Origin: Eledone cirrhosa
Lineage: Eukaryota
NCBI GenBank assembly: GCA_964016885.1
Contig: OZ024742.1
Coordinates: 154,566,001-154,630,000 of the forward strand
Length of the DNA: 64,000 bases
Direction of reading: 5' to 3'
Position numbers and translations under genes: made by a program. Of this stretch, positions 40,790 to 53,404 are shown in pieces (position 1 is the stretch's first letter; every line of letters begins with the position of its first letter). A model generated the notes under the pieces. It searched no databases. It was not told the DNA's origin and saw only the letters and a list, made by a program, of their open reading frames with translations.

Positions 40790-42400
40790 AGAAATTACGA
40801 AACTTGAATCATGCCGTTAAAGTGGTTTAGACATTGTGGAAAAGGAAGAGATCATATTTGATGTGTGGGACATAGATGTTTTGGTTTGGGTAATATAGAA
40901 GTAAATAATTATCGTAAACAAAAATGAAATACAGGTGAGATATTTTAATCAATGTAATTTTACATTTTGGCAACGAAAGGCGTGTGGCTAAAGCAGTTGA
41001 ACTAGGAGGTCAGTCTACCTAAACGGCGTGAGAATTATATGAGTAAAGGAAACTATCAGGGAACAAGCAAATTCGTGAAGTTTTCTGCATTTGTTCTATG
41101 CTCTGCTTCTATTTGCAGCCAATAATTGTGAGTGGACGTTTATAGATTTCTCTGTGGCTCAAAGTTCCTACACACGTGAATATTTTTGTAACAGAACTCG
41201 GGAAAATATCTTTGAAGATTTATTCAATTCAGCCAGTTATAAGTCATAAATACCGTTCAACTGAAACACATATCTCACCAAGAACAATGATGTTTCTAGT
41301 AAAATAGAATCATCACTAGACATATATGTCTGAAGCACCAGCTAGTGCTGCACAACAAAATAAATATAACAGATCGTAGAGGACACTGCAGATATTTTAA
41401 CAGAGTTACGGGTATTCGACAGTAGTGCGGGTTCATCCCAGCAGAAATCTATGATAATATGTCCCTACTATTTTCCTAAATATTTCATAGTACCTAAATA
41501 TCTTCACTTTTTGAACTTCATCTGATATATTATCAGGATTTCAAGAGATTCGTATTCCGCTCAGCTAGAAGTCCTAAGTTCGCTTCAATTCATTCAAAGG
41601 TCGAAAGTGTATCGTTACGTTCGAAATATTGCGTAATTTGTCTGGATATCATCCTAGAAAGGAAGCATCAGAGAATTGGATTTCGCGTTGAGGCAGCACA
41701 AAAGAATATACTACAGAAACAAGGATACAATATGGATTTACATCGAGTAAGATGCTTAGATAAAATTATAGAACAAAACATATGACAATATGGATAATAA
41801 TGAATATACATGAATATATTGTGCAGCAAGAACAAGAAAGGATCCACATGAAAAGGTTAACGTGATAGAATGATTCTGGATTTCATTGACACAAAAACGA
41901 CAAGGAATTCGATTTAGATGCTGATGCCAAACAATAAACATTTAATAACAGAAGACCTATTTAGCCACATACGTTTCATAAAATCTTCTCGCTCTGGAGT
42001 TACTCAATATTTAAGATAAATTTTCTACTGAAGGGATAATTGAAGATGTGTGCGGGATCTAAGAATAACAATTCTGGTTAATAACATTTCAAGCGCAGAC
42101 TACACAACTTCATTCGCCATAGTGATCACAGATACGAAGAACACAATTTCGATTTTGGCATGTATCCACCTCAAAGAATACAAATCAGAAAAACGTTTCT
42201 ACATATATATTTCGTATGACATAGATATTAGGAGCAGGTAAGGGAATAGATGTAGAGGTGATTATTCGTAACAGATGACATTTACGTAGTTAAGCAACTT
42301 AACTACGTGGACGGGATGAAATCTAAATATTATTATTCTTTAATTTCTTCGATTGCAATTGAAGTGATTGGTGTTTCGGTATGAGAGAAAAAATATCAGA
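40790..42400 (+). mobile_element. Ancient RTE-clade LINE relic
   Basis: LDIVEKE....DIDVL (APE N-terminus-like), QYGF, RQG at 41898-41906, VNNISSADYTT (cf. NNLRYADDT) in ORF 42050-42241, and VVKQLNYV (cf. F.YLG), in the expected order. Confidence 0.5.
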
Positions 42401-42789
42401 ACGAAAGAGCAAGCCAAGATGATGAATCAATACATACACAATAAGACACGCAGAGGGATATACACCCGCACAAACACACACATACTCACAGGCACGCTCC
42501 TAGAAACACACAAACATATATATCCATAATATATATGCATATATATATATATATGTGTATGTATGCACCACGACCCCATACACACGCATATATATATATA
42601 TATATTTACACTCACACTGTAAGAAATGTTTGCATAACTTTTAATGATGAGATTTGTGTGAGTTCAAGTCCTATATATAATTGGCTTACAGAGTATACTC
42701 TTATGTGCATCGTTAGACCGACATTAATATTATTAAAAGAAGCGATGATTCATGTTCTTCAAAACGTGGAACACAAAGGCATATATATA

Positions 42790-42851
<62 letters not shown>

Positions 42852-42895
42852 AGACATATAAGTATGAATGTATAATGCACATATATTTATATACA

Positions 42896-42926
<31 letters not shown>

Positions 42927-43274
42927 TATATATACAGTGTGTGGGGGTATGCGTATATGTGTTCGTATACGCATGGGTATGCAGCACTTTTATATATTAT
43001 TCTCAGTGTTACTCTTAATAATAATTAGTAATAATATTATATTTTTATCCCTACACTCAAATATCGATTAAAAAATAAATGCGCTGATAGGTCACCATAC
43101 ACACTGCTCAGTAAAAACACGCACATGTATATATGTAACAAATCATCAAAGAAGTATACATATATTCACCCACACACATACAAATATGTGTATGTATATA
43201 TGTATTCACGTTGGTACATATTTATGTATGTATATATATTCATATATATATATGTGTGTGTGTGTGTGTGTTTT

Positions 43275-43343
<69 letters not shown>

Positions 43344-43629
43344 TTGTTGGTGTGTGTGTTGTGTGTGTACATTTGTATATTTCTATACATGTCAACCGGA
43401 AAGAAAATGCATGAGCATGAAAGCACATTCGTAACTGAAATATAAAAATACACAATTCAGTATATAAATATATCCACACACACATCCAATTATATTGCGT
43501 AGATTCATATTTATATACAATTAGGGACACATACGCACTTACACATGCGTGCAAATTTGTAATGCAACATCGCATATACTTACACCGCAAGTTCAGATAT
43601 TATAATGAAGGTGGATACAAATATTTTTT

Positions 43630-43865
43630 TCCTCGCCAGCATTCTACTCAGGCTGTTATGTACGACTTTGAGAATGCAATTCCCACAAGAAGATAAACTC
43701 AAAAGCGTGTTCCACCTTATTCTTATATAGATGGAGTTATGTATATAGTCTCTAAAAGCAGCAACTCATTATAACAGAAAGCAGTTGACAATTATAAACG
43801 AGTATACTTCTCAGGAAGTCTTATTTGTGGAAGCATCAAAGCAGTCGCACATTCACCATGAAAAT
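43630..43865 (+). mobile_element. Possible MULE (Mutator-like) transposase relic
   Basis: VMYDFENAI (cf. M.DFE.A), a later KSVF, and IKAVAHSP (cf. L.ALA..P). Confidence 0.35.
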
Positions 43866-44819
43866 AAAAGTACTTAATATAATATAACAAATTCCTTATG
43901 ATTAAACACACATACTCACATTCTCATTCACGCACAAACCTGCACACACAGACCACCACACATACACTCTCACACACATCTATGTACGATTCTGTATGTA
44001 TGTTTTTGCTTGAATATTTGTAATTTATCTTCATATTTGTACATATTTTATCATCGAAATAAACTGGAAATTGTGTAAGTTACTTTGAAATCTACTCCAT
44101 TCTAAAGTCTTATCAGTTGAATATGGGAACAGGATTTCCAAGGTTTCATTTGTGAATGAACAAAACCAGAAATGCCGCTACAATTTTAGTTATTCTAAAA
44201 TCTCGATGTATAGGGTTAAAAAACAACCTTCTTAGAGTGACCTTCAGGAATATCAGATTTAAACGGCAATAGTGAAAGTTGAATGTACATCACTAATATT
44301 ATGTAATTACAACACTATAAATAAGTATTTTACTCTTTTAAGGAAGCACTGCTTGGTTGTACGGGGTTGAAATGGTGGGTTAATAGGATTTGATCATTTG
44401 ATCACGATATATATATATTTATTTTGAGCAGGGGGTCAATTTGCACACAATGTCAGAACAATTAAAGAGATACAACTCGCAATACAATGATTCACAAGAT
44501 TATCAATATAAAATATTTCCTTTGACATGAATTTGAAGTGACGGTAAATCAGAATGAATATCAATAAAATGGTGTCTAATTATCTTAATTTTATCCATTT
44601 TCTTATTGCAAATGAAAACTATCAACTCTTCTTATTCTATCTGCTACAACTAAAAGTTTTAGGCTAATTTCTGGTTATCTAGTATATATATACTATATAG
44701 AACATCCAACATAGGCATATGTGTGTAACTTAGTTTGATAACGTTACCAAAATTGTGTTTTAGAAACAGGGATATCTCGTTCGATATATTGTACACGTAA
44801 AAGTGTGTACATTAAAGGA

Positions 44820-46760
44820 ACTAGCTGACGTACTCAGCTTCGCTCGGGTAAACAGATGATAAGAGAAGACAGGTAAAAGAGAACATGACTCTATTGGATG
44901 TGTGTCTGGTTACAGTATGATGCGAGTCCGTGGTGTCTGTGTGACACATCTTATCCAATAAATGTACTAGTTAGAGAAACACCTGTCCCTCACGTATCTA
45001 GTCAACCTTAAAATGATGTGGTACATCTACAATGATACCACCCCATCGAGCTTAATGATTCTGGAAATTTGTTTTTTTTGTTGTATTTCAAAAATGTATG
45101 TAACATTACATATTATTATTATTACTTTCAAAGTAAAGGGTGTCATGAATGATACTAAATCAAACATATGACTTGTCTCCAAAAACAGCTGAAGAATTCA
45201 GAGAATAAAATCGAGCTTTTATCATTATAAGAAAGTGAATGAAATATATTCATGCAAACTTATTAAATTTAATAAGATACTCAACGAATTATGTAATCTT
45301 ACATTCAGTGTAGATTGTCTCTAGTCTGAAGCTTTGATATGTCTTAAGGCACATTTATGTGTGTATGAATATATTTCATTCTTTTTCTTATAATGATTAA
45401 GGCTCGATTTTATTCTCTGAATTCTATCTTGAGCTGTTTTTAGAGAAAATATATTTGATTTGGTATCATTCACGACACCCTTTACTTTGAAAGTAATAAT
45501 AATAATATGTCTGCTGCTTATTTGGTGGGCTGTTTTATGTCGATAGTTTGGACTGCTATCTCTAGTGGACGAGAACACTTCATGTCGTTGCGGGTGCTAA
45601 AATGCATGTATTGATACCATGTGCGTTTAGCCACTTTCAACTCTGTATTCAGTGAGATTAGATGATTTTGAAATTCCCTCACTGATGATCTGTTTCAAAA
45701 TATCTAATTTCGCCCTTATTTGGTGAAATGTATTCTGATTTGTGGAGAATACGTTCGAGGGAAATATATTGATCGTTATCAGGTATTTTGTTTTCAATTT
45801 TTTTCTTAAATGTAATAAGATACTCAACGAATTATGTAATCTTTCACTCAGAGCAATGTGTCTCTAGTCCTTAACTTTGATATATTTTAATGCACACTTA
45901 TGCGTGTATCAATATATTTCATTCACTTTCTTATAATGGTAATATTACATATTAATTTACCCATTGCTCATGCAAAGTAAAATGGAGAACATTTTCAAGA
46001 AATGGATTTCGAAATGGTATTTTCACTGGAACTATCAATTCCACGATGTGTCTGCACTCTTTACACATATACAGTCTAAAATATTAAACGTCGGTCAAAC
46101 ATTTATGCCTAGAATTGTTGTAGATATCAACTGTAAATATCGTGCGTGTAAGAATGTCTAAAAGTTCAATCAACATAATCAGTTATGTCTTAGAGGGTGT
46201 ATAACAAATCCGTTGAACAAGTAGTCATTGAAAAGGATATATTTTGTTTTAAGAAGTTAGGATCGATGAAACTGTGAAATGTTGCTGTTCAAAATATGCG
46301 TCAAATTCGGCCTGGATTGTGCCCTTTTCTTCAATGTTGACATGAATGCGTTGATTCAAACGTCGTGGACGTTTTCCGAGATGTCTTTGTGGATTTATTG
46401 GAAACAACTCAAAAACTGAAGTTTTCTTTTTCTCAATATCAAAGCTTCTCACTTTTCTCCAGCTTTGTGCTGTCATTTCCGAGCATTGGTTCTTTTTACA
46501 TGGGGCATACTTGAAACCGATATTTTCATAACAGCGTTCGTTTTGAAATACGGCGTGTCTAGAGGAAATCATCCGTCCTGGTCTGACAACCCGATTTCTT
46601 CCAATCCAGCGAAGTTGAGAGAAAAAAAAATGATGAAGTGCAAATTAACCATAGCAGAGAAATGTATCCTATACTGTAATGTTATTTTTTAAAATCGATC
46701 TCGGAGTGATGAAAAACAATGTTAACCTACAGTTCTGAGTGCGGAGAGTCGGAGCTAGTA
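44820..46760 (-). mobile_element. Possible non-autonomous Helitron-type element with internal inverted and direct repeats
   Basis: The minus strand at 44850-44820 reads TACCCGAGCGAAGCTGAGTA-CGTCAG-CTAGT (hairpin plus CTAG end). 45110-45255 is inverted at 45362-45510, and 45265-45395 is repeated at 45808-45938. The far boundary is uncertain. Confidence 0.4.
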
Positions 46761-47139
46761 CTGTAAGACATTATCTTCTACATGCTAACAACAATTTGCC
46801 GCGTAAGTAGCGAATTACCATTGGAAAATACACATTGCTGAAGTTATTTATTTTTTTTGCAGAAGCAACCAACACACATTATGTCATGAATATAGGTTAA
46901 GACGCTATAAGTTGATGCATAGGTAATCGCAAAAAATGGATTGATATGTAATTCTGTATAACTTAACAAATATAATTTAAACTTGGGAAAATACACTTTC
47001 CAACATGTTAGAACACGCCTCCCCCATAAACGCTATTATATATATATCCATTGTGTTCAGCAGTACATCATGATTTTATAATGTCATTAAGAAAAGTAGA
47101 TAACAACTGACTATATATAGAGAGAGATTTTATGTGTCT

Positions 47140-47197
<58 letters not shown>

Positions 47198-47784
47198 CGG
47201 CGATGAATTAGTTTTGCGAGGTTTTTTATATGAAATCGTGTGTCGAAACAGATATTGTTATATTTGGGGAGGGTCATATTTGCGTAATATTGCCAGATTT
47301 AATAACAGAACACACTCACTGTTTGGTTGGTTTTCGCTTCTCGCTGTCTTTTATATATATATATCTGCGATCTAACTTACTCGGTCCTCAATGTTGCCAT
47401 TGACTGACCGGCGGTCAAAAATTATACAGATACAATATAGACAAACACATATATATATAGTTTACATAATTTACATAAATCTTTCGTTGCACATCTGCAA
47501 CATCGTCAGTGGTGTTATATTCATTGTTCCTCCTGTTGTGTTGTATGTCTACGCCATTTTTTTTTGTTCAGTCTGTCTATATATTTATTTATTTATTTGC
47601 TTGTTTGTTTATCTTATTTTATTTTGTCTTCTTTGCGCATGCGTTTGCGTGTGTGTATAGTGTTATGTGTGATGTGTGACTAGTGTGTATAGTGTTGTGT
47701 CTGCTGGGTGACTAGTGTGTTTATGTGCTTGTGTATGTATTTATTTATCTTATTTTATTTATTTAATTTAATTTACTTATTTAT

Positions 47785-50700
47785 TTATACTTCTCTTAGG
47801 TCAGTGTTGTTTGTTTGGGTGTTGTTGTTGTTCCACTCATTCTTTCTGTTTAGCTTTGGTCTTCTAATTTCTATTTCACTGGCCTCTCTGATTTGCCTAT
47901 CTGCTGGGTCATTCCTATGTTTAGATATTATTCTAATTTCTATGTTGTCTATGTTACCGTCATGTTGTTGTCTAGCATGTTCGTATAGTACTGACCCGTT
48001 TTTTCGTCCTTTTAGTTCACCCCAGTGTTGGTCTATCCTTTCACCTATGCTACGAGCTGTCTCACCTATGTATGTTGTTGTCGTGTTTCTGCAAGTACCC
48101 TCTGTACATCTTATGCTATAGACTACGTTTCTAGTTTTACAGTTTATCCGGGGGTTCACCTTACATATGATACATTTCCTATTGGTACAGTGGGTTTTCT
48201 TAAAAGGGTAGGTTTTGCTGATCAGGGATTTTATGGTGGTTCCTGACTTTTCTACCACCTTTATTTTTAAGTGGGTCTTTCTCAGGGCCTTTCTACACTG
48301 GTTAGCTAATTTCCCTCCAGGGGTGGCGTCCACAAACATGACACTCTGATATCTCTGGTTGTCGTACCATGATGTGGCCTTCCCTATCTTATGTCTAGCC
48401 CTATCTAAGCTATTCCATGATTTGCTCCTGTATAGTGGGCAAATTCCTTTCATGTCCAGTTCTATGAGGGTCTTATACTTTTCCATGGCTCCTTCGTATA
48501 CTCTGACTCTGTCTCTTTGGTTGTAGCCAGAGAACTGCATGCGGTTGATGAAGTGTTGGATGTGTCCTTCCATTTCTGTTGGGTCGCACATGCTGGACAC
48601 ATTCTTCATCACTCGTACCAAATCTGCGATCAGAATATTAAACTTAGCACTACTGGACATTGCTGTGTTTTTGAGTATCAGGTATTTGGAGGCCATGGGT
48701 TTAGCATAGTGTGAGTGGAGAATTTGGGCTCTCTCGTCTATAGTGTTAATCCAGAGTTCTGTGTCTAATACAGGTAGTCTATTGTTAGGGTGTTTGGAAG
48801 GGAAGTCTATAGTTACAGTTATACTCTGGTGTATGGAATTAGCTATCTGCTGGATGCTTTCCATCGTGCTACGTTCTAAATCAAACTTGTTAGTGCTCTC
48901 TAGTGGGGGTGTTCTTATAACTATATTGATATCGTCTACATAACGAGAGTACATGATGAGGTCTATGGAGCTTTCATTAAGGAGGAGATCTTTAAGTCTC
49001 CTTTCCCACCATACCATGAAAAGGTTGGCAACATCACCAGCTATGCTGACGCCGATGGCTGCTCCCTCATTTTGGGTGTAGATTTTCTCATTGAACTTAA
49101 ATATGTGGCCCTTTAGGGTAGTTTTGATACTAGCCCCTATTGCATGTGCGACCATTTTTCTTACCTGATCAGTGTTTTGGGGGGTCCGTATAGCTTTGGT
49201 CCACCCAATCCACCTTCTTATGGGAGTCTTTTTAGCCATTGAGGTTATGGTGGAGGGTCTACCTCTTATAGGTCTACTAGGGCAGAAACATCTAAGGTCA
49301 TGGCTGTCTAGGTAGTCAGTGTCGTAGGTAAGTCTAAGTAGGAGGCCCAGTTCGTCTGTGTCGACGTCGCAGAACTCCACCTCACTCTCAATGATCATCT
49401 CCACACATCTTTTCACAGCAAAATCAATGTTAATGGATGGGTACAGTGACACCACATCCATGCTGCCTATTATGCAGTTGGATAGGCTCCTGTTTTTGTT
49501 GCACTCACTGATTCTGCTGAGGAGGTCCTCTGTACTTTCACATACATCTGGGGACATCTTGATTATGGGGCGTATAACCATTGAGAGGAAGTAGGAGATC
49601 CTGTAGTTGCTAGCTATATTAGCTCCGCATACGGGTCTTGTTGGTGGTCCTGTTGTCGGGTCGTCGACTGTCTTGTGGTCTTTGCGGAGCCCATACAAGG
49701 GTGGTATGCCATTGTTAGACGCCTGGAAGTTGTTGGCAGTGCGTCTGCTTGGCTTTAGGATGTCAGTCCACATCATCATGTGAGCGTTGAGGATTTTTTC
49801 TCTCCCATCGTGTGTTAGTTGTGCAACTTCGCTCGTGTTGGTGATGTGGGGTTGCATTGCCTCGATGTAGTTCGGCATGCTATCTATTGACATCCTACCA
49901 GACTTATCTGTGGGTAGACACACTACCTCACCATCCCTTGTGCGCTGCTTGAGGCTAACCAAGCCTTCTACAGGTTTTATCCCAAGTTGTTGGGCCTCTG
50001 GTCTGCTCTGTCTCATAGTGTACCTGTCTACTACTTGTCTAATCTTATTTCTAGCTATGGTGAACTGTGCCTCCGTCTCGTCATCTATTTGCTGTGGTAT
50101 GCAAACTCTTTTATTAAAGGGTAACCTCGTAGGATAGATATTACCCATCTTATATGTTTTGTCAGCTGGGTTGAAAAATAGTTTCTCTAAGGGGTTGTCG
50201 TTATTTCTATCGTCATAGTTGTGTGTGTTGCTATTATTGTTATCATGGTGGTTGTTGTTGTTTCTATCATTAGCATTAATATTATTATTGTTATGATTGC
50301 TAGATGTATTGTTGTTTACTTCACCGTTATTGTTGTTGTTGTTACTGCTATTTCTACCATTGTGGTTGTTACTATTATTATGTTTCTTGTTTTTGTTGAT
50401 GTTGCTACATGTACTATTTCCATTATTACCACTGTGGTTATTGTTGTTGTTGTTGTTCGTATTGTTACCGTTATTACTACTGTGGTCACTGTTGCTGTGT
50501 CTGTGGTTAACGTTTCTATTATTATTATTATTGTGGTTGTTGTTGTTCTGTCTATCGCTAGTATTATTACTATTATCACTATTTCTCACTTTCCTGCCAT
50601 TGTTATGGTTATGGCTGTTATTTCTATACCCAGAGTTATTGTTTATATTACTACTACCGTTATTATTGTTGTTGTTATTTACCTTTGCATTCCAACGTAT

Positions 50701-50922
50701 TTTTGTGAAACACTTTTCCAGCTCCGTTTTGCATTCCATAGGGTTAATCTTTTTGTAGATGGCAAATTTTGGTGGTAACTTTAGGATTTGTTGTTCTTGT
50801 TCACTGATTAAAGTGTTCCCATAGATATTTACTGTGTGGTCATTGGTAAATTCTTCCGGTAGTTTTACATCACTCATACGGATGTTGTCGATGTTATCTG
50901 GGTATTTTTGAGAACTTAGCAA
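47785..50922 (-). CDS. PLE polyprotein: reverse transcriptase plus C-terminal GIY-YIG endonuclease, 5'-truncated at the inversion junction
   Basis: 1045 uninterrupted codons with LPPKFA, PTDKSG, LYGLRKDHK..RPV, SMDVVSLYPSI, GAAIG...A.LFM, RYVDD, LPVLD, C..C..C, NVVY..C..C..YIGETAR..ER..H and a terminal EA..I....P.LN. An Asn-rich insert lies near the N-terminus. Confidence 0.93.
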   Translation of the reverse strand: MLSSQKYPDNIDNIRMSDVKLPEEFTNDHTVNIYGNTLISEQEQQILKLPPKFAIYKKINPMECKTELEKCFTKIRWNAKVNNNNNNNGSSNINNNSGYRNNSHNHNNGRKVRNSDNSNNTSDRQNNNNHNNNNNRNVNHRHSNSDHSSNNGNNTNNNNNNNHSGNNGNSTCSNINKNKKHNNSNNHNGRNSSNNNNNNGEVNNNTSSNHNNNNINANDRNNNNHHDNNNSNTHNYDDRNNDNPLEKLFFNPADKTYKMGNIYPTRLPFNKRVCIPQQIDDETEAQFTIARNKIRQVVDRYTMRQSRPEAQQLGIKPVEGLVSLKQRTRDGEVVCLPTDKSGRMSIDSMPNYIEAMQPHITNTSEVAQLTHDGREKILNAHMMMWTDILKPSRRTANNFQASNNGIPPLYGLRKDHKTVDDPTTGPPTRPVCGANIASNYRISYFLSMVIRPIIKMSPDVCESTEDLLSRISECNKNRSLSNCIIGSMDVVSLYPSINIDFAVKRCVEMIIESEVEFCDVDTDELGLLLRLTYDTDYLDSHDLRCFCPSRPIRGRPSTITSMAKKTPIRRWIGWTKAIRTPQNTDQVRKMVAHAIGASIKTTLKGHIFKFNEKIYTQNEGAAIGVSIAGDVANLFMVWWERRLKDLLLNESSIDLIMYSRYVDDINIVIRTPPLESTNKFDLERSTMESIQQIANSIHQSITVTIDFPSKHPNNRLPVLDTELWINTIDERAQILHSHYAKPMASKYLILKNTAMSSSAKFNILIADLVRVMKNVSSMCDPTEMEGHIQHFINRMQFSGYNQRDRVRVYEGAMEKYKTLIELDMKGICPLYRSKSWNSLDRARHKIGKATSWYDNQRYQSVMFVDATPGGKLANQCRKALRKTHLKIKVVEKSGTTIKSLISKTYPFKKTHCTNRKCIICKVNPRINCKTRNVVYSIRCTEGTCRNTTTTYIGETARSIGERIDQHWGELKGRKNGSVLYEHARQQHDGNIDNIEIRIISKHRNDPADRQIREASEIEIRRPKLNRKNEWNNNNTQTNNTDLREV

Positions 50923-51797
50923 TGTCCAGTAGTGCTAAGTTTAATATTCTGATCGCAGATTTGGTACGAGTGATGAAGAATGTGTCCAGCATGTGCGACC
51001 CAACAGAAATGGAAGGACACATCCAACACTTCATCAACCGCATGCAGTTCTCTGGCTACAACCAAAGAGACAGAGTCAGAGTATACGAAGGAGCCATGGA
51101 AAAGTATAAGACCCTCATAGAACTGGACATGAAAGGAATTTGCCCACTATACAGGAGCAAATCATGGAATAGCTTAGATAGGGCTAGACATAAGATAGGG
51201 AAGGCCACATCATGGTACGACAACCAGAGATATCAGAGTGTCATGTTTGTGGACGCCACCCCTGGAGGGAAATTAGCTAACCAGTGTAGAAAGGCCCTGA
51301 GAAAGACCCACTTAAAAATAAAGGTGGTAGAAAAGTCAGGAACCACCATAAAATCCCTGATCAGCAAAACCTACCCTTTTAAGAAAACCCACTGTACCAA
51401 TAGGAAATGTATCATATGTAAGGTGAACCCCCGGATAAACTGTAAAACTAGAAACGTAGTCTATAGCATAAGATGTACAGAGGGTACTTGCAGAAACACG
51501 ACAACAACATACATAGGTGAGACAGCTCGTAGCATAGGTGAAAGGATAGACCAACACTGGGGTGAACTAAAAGGACGAAAAAACGGGTCAGTACTATACG
51601 AACATGCTAGACAACAACATGACGGTAACATAGACAACATAGAAATTAGAATAATATCTAAACATAGGAATGACCCAGCAGATAGGCAAATCAGAGAGGC
51701 CAGTGAAATAGAAATTAGAAGACCAAAGCTAAACAGAAAGAATGAGTGGAACAACAACAACACCCAAACAAACAACACTGACCTAAGAGAAGTATAA
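50922..51797 (+). CDS. Inverted duplicate of the C-terminal 291 aa (thumb + GIY-YIG) of the PLE protein
   Basis: The translation is identical to the last 291 aa of 47785-50922. Confidence 0.85.
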   Translation: MSSSAKFNILIADLVRVMKNVSSMCDPTEMEGHIQHFINRMQFSGYNQRDRVRVYEGAMEKYKTLIELDMKGICPLYRSKSWNSLDRARHKIGKATSWYDNQRYQSVMFVDATPGGKLANQCRKALRKTHLKIKVVEKSGTTIKSLISKTYPFKKTHCTNRKCIICKVNPRINCKTRNVVYSIRCTEGTCRNTTTTYIGETARSIGERIDQHWGELKGRKNGSVLYEHARQQHDGNIDNIEIRIISKHRNDPADRQIREASEIEIRRPKLNRKNEWNNNNTQTNNTDLREV

Positions 51798-52077
51798 ATA
51801 AATAAGTAAATTAAATTAAATAAATAAAATAAGATAAATAAATACATACACAAGCACATAAACACACACTAGTCACCCAGCAGACACAACACTATACACA
51901 CTAGTCACACATCACACATAACACTATACACACACGCAAACGCATGCGCAAAGAAGACAAAATAAAATACGATAAACAAACAAGCAAATAAATAAATAAA
52001 TAAATAAATATATAGACAGACTGAACAAAAAAAAAATGGCGTAGACATACAACACAACAGGAGGAACAATGAATATA

Positions 52078-52125
52078 ACACCACTGACGATGTTGCAGAT
52101 GTGCAACGAAAGATTTATGTAAATT
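52078..52125 (+). ncRNA. Hammerhead-like core with no obvious stem I partner (inverted copy at 47468-47515)
   Basis: [CTGACGA]-T-GTTGCA-GATG-TGCAAC-[GAAA]-GATTTATGTAAATT quasi-palindrome. No canonical UH plus stem I' follows immediately. Confidence 0.5.
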
Positions 52126-52383
52126 ATGTAAACTATATATATATGTGTTTGTCTATATTGTATCTGTATAATTTTTGACCGCCGGTCAGTCAATGGCAAC
52201 ATTGAGGACCGAGTAAGTTAGATCGCAGATATATATATATAAAAGACAGCGAGAAGCGAAAACCAACCAAACAGTGAGTGTGTTCTGTTATTAATTCTGG
52301 CAATATTACGCAAATATGACCCTCCCCAAATATAACAATATATATATATATATATATGTATATAAATATTTATGCACACACAA

Positions 52384-52433
<50 letters not shown>

Positions 52434-53082
52434 GTATATACATATATATATATACTGGTCTTTATAAAAGAGAACATGTTTAACTATACTCAAAAGTAAA
52501 ATTCTTAAAAGAATATATGGCTTGGAGCTATTTTTCCATTTTCTCCAACTCAATATATTGATCAAAATTAATTAGTTCATTCATGGTGATATTTCAATAT
52601 ATAGTAATAATTCTTTCAATTAATAATGTTCCTTTGCATTTAAAATTGTTAACCCGTTTCCATGTCAAAATTATTTAGAAAGACGTTTATTTTGATAACC
52701 CACTCTCATTTTCTCATATTAAGTCATTATATTTCCCTTTTCTATATCTACGACTCTCTGTATTCCTTCGCACTAAATCCCCTCTCACACACTTCTTCTC
52801 TCTCACTTCCACTTTCTTTCATTCGTATATCAATCGCTAAAGTCGCTCTTTCTTCGTATAGTCTCTTATCTCTAGATTCTGATTCATTTTTGCTACACTA
52901 AACTTTCTGTTTCAATCCAGTCAGTCACCTTTATAAAGTTATTCATCTTCTTACATCTGTGTTTTAACTCTCGATTATCGTTCATGTAAGCTCTATATAA
53001 TCTATCCAATTACACTTTTTATCAGTTGGTTCATTTTCTCCCAAACTCTCTCTCACTGTATATATATATATATAAATATATG

Positions 53083-53179
<97 letters not shown>

Positions 53180-53241
53180 ATATATATATGTACATAAACA
53201 TTGGTTCGTACTGCCTCTCTGTTTTGTTCCCATTCCATTTT

Positions 53242-53301
<60 letters not shown>

Positions 53302-53404
53302 GAGAGAGATATAGAGAGAAAGAGGGGGCGAGAGAGAAGGGGAGATAGAGAGAGAGAGAAATACACTAGTATGTATATACATACATGCACACATATATAT
53401 ATAT

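Larger units (their letters stand above)
47197..52341 (-). mobile_element. Young Penelope-like element with a 1.4 kb inverted 3' copy (tail-out)
   Basis: 47252-48663 and 50918-52341 are near-identical reverse complements. (TA)n at both ends. The left arm has an extra tail of about 55 nt. Confidence 0.95.
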
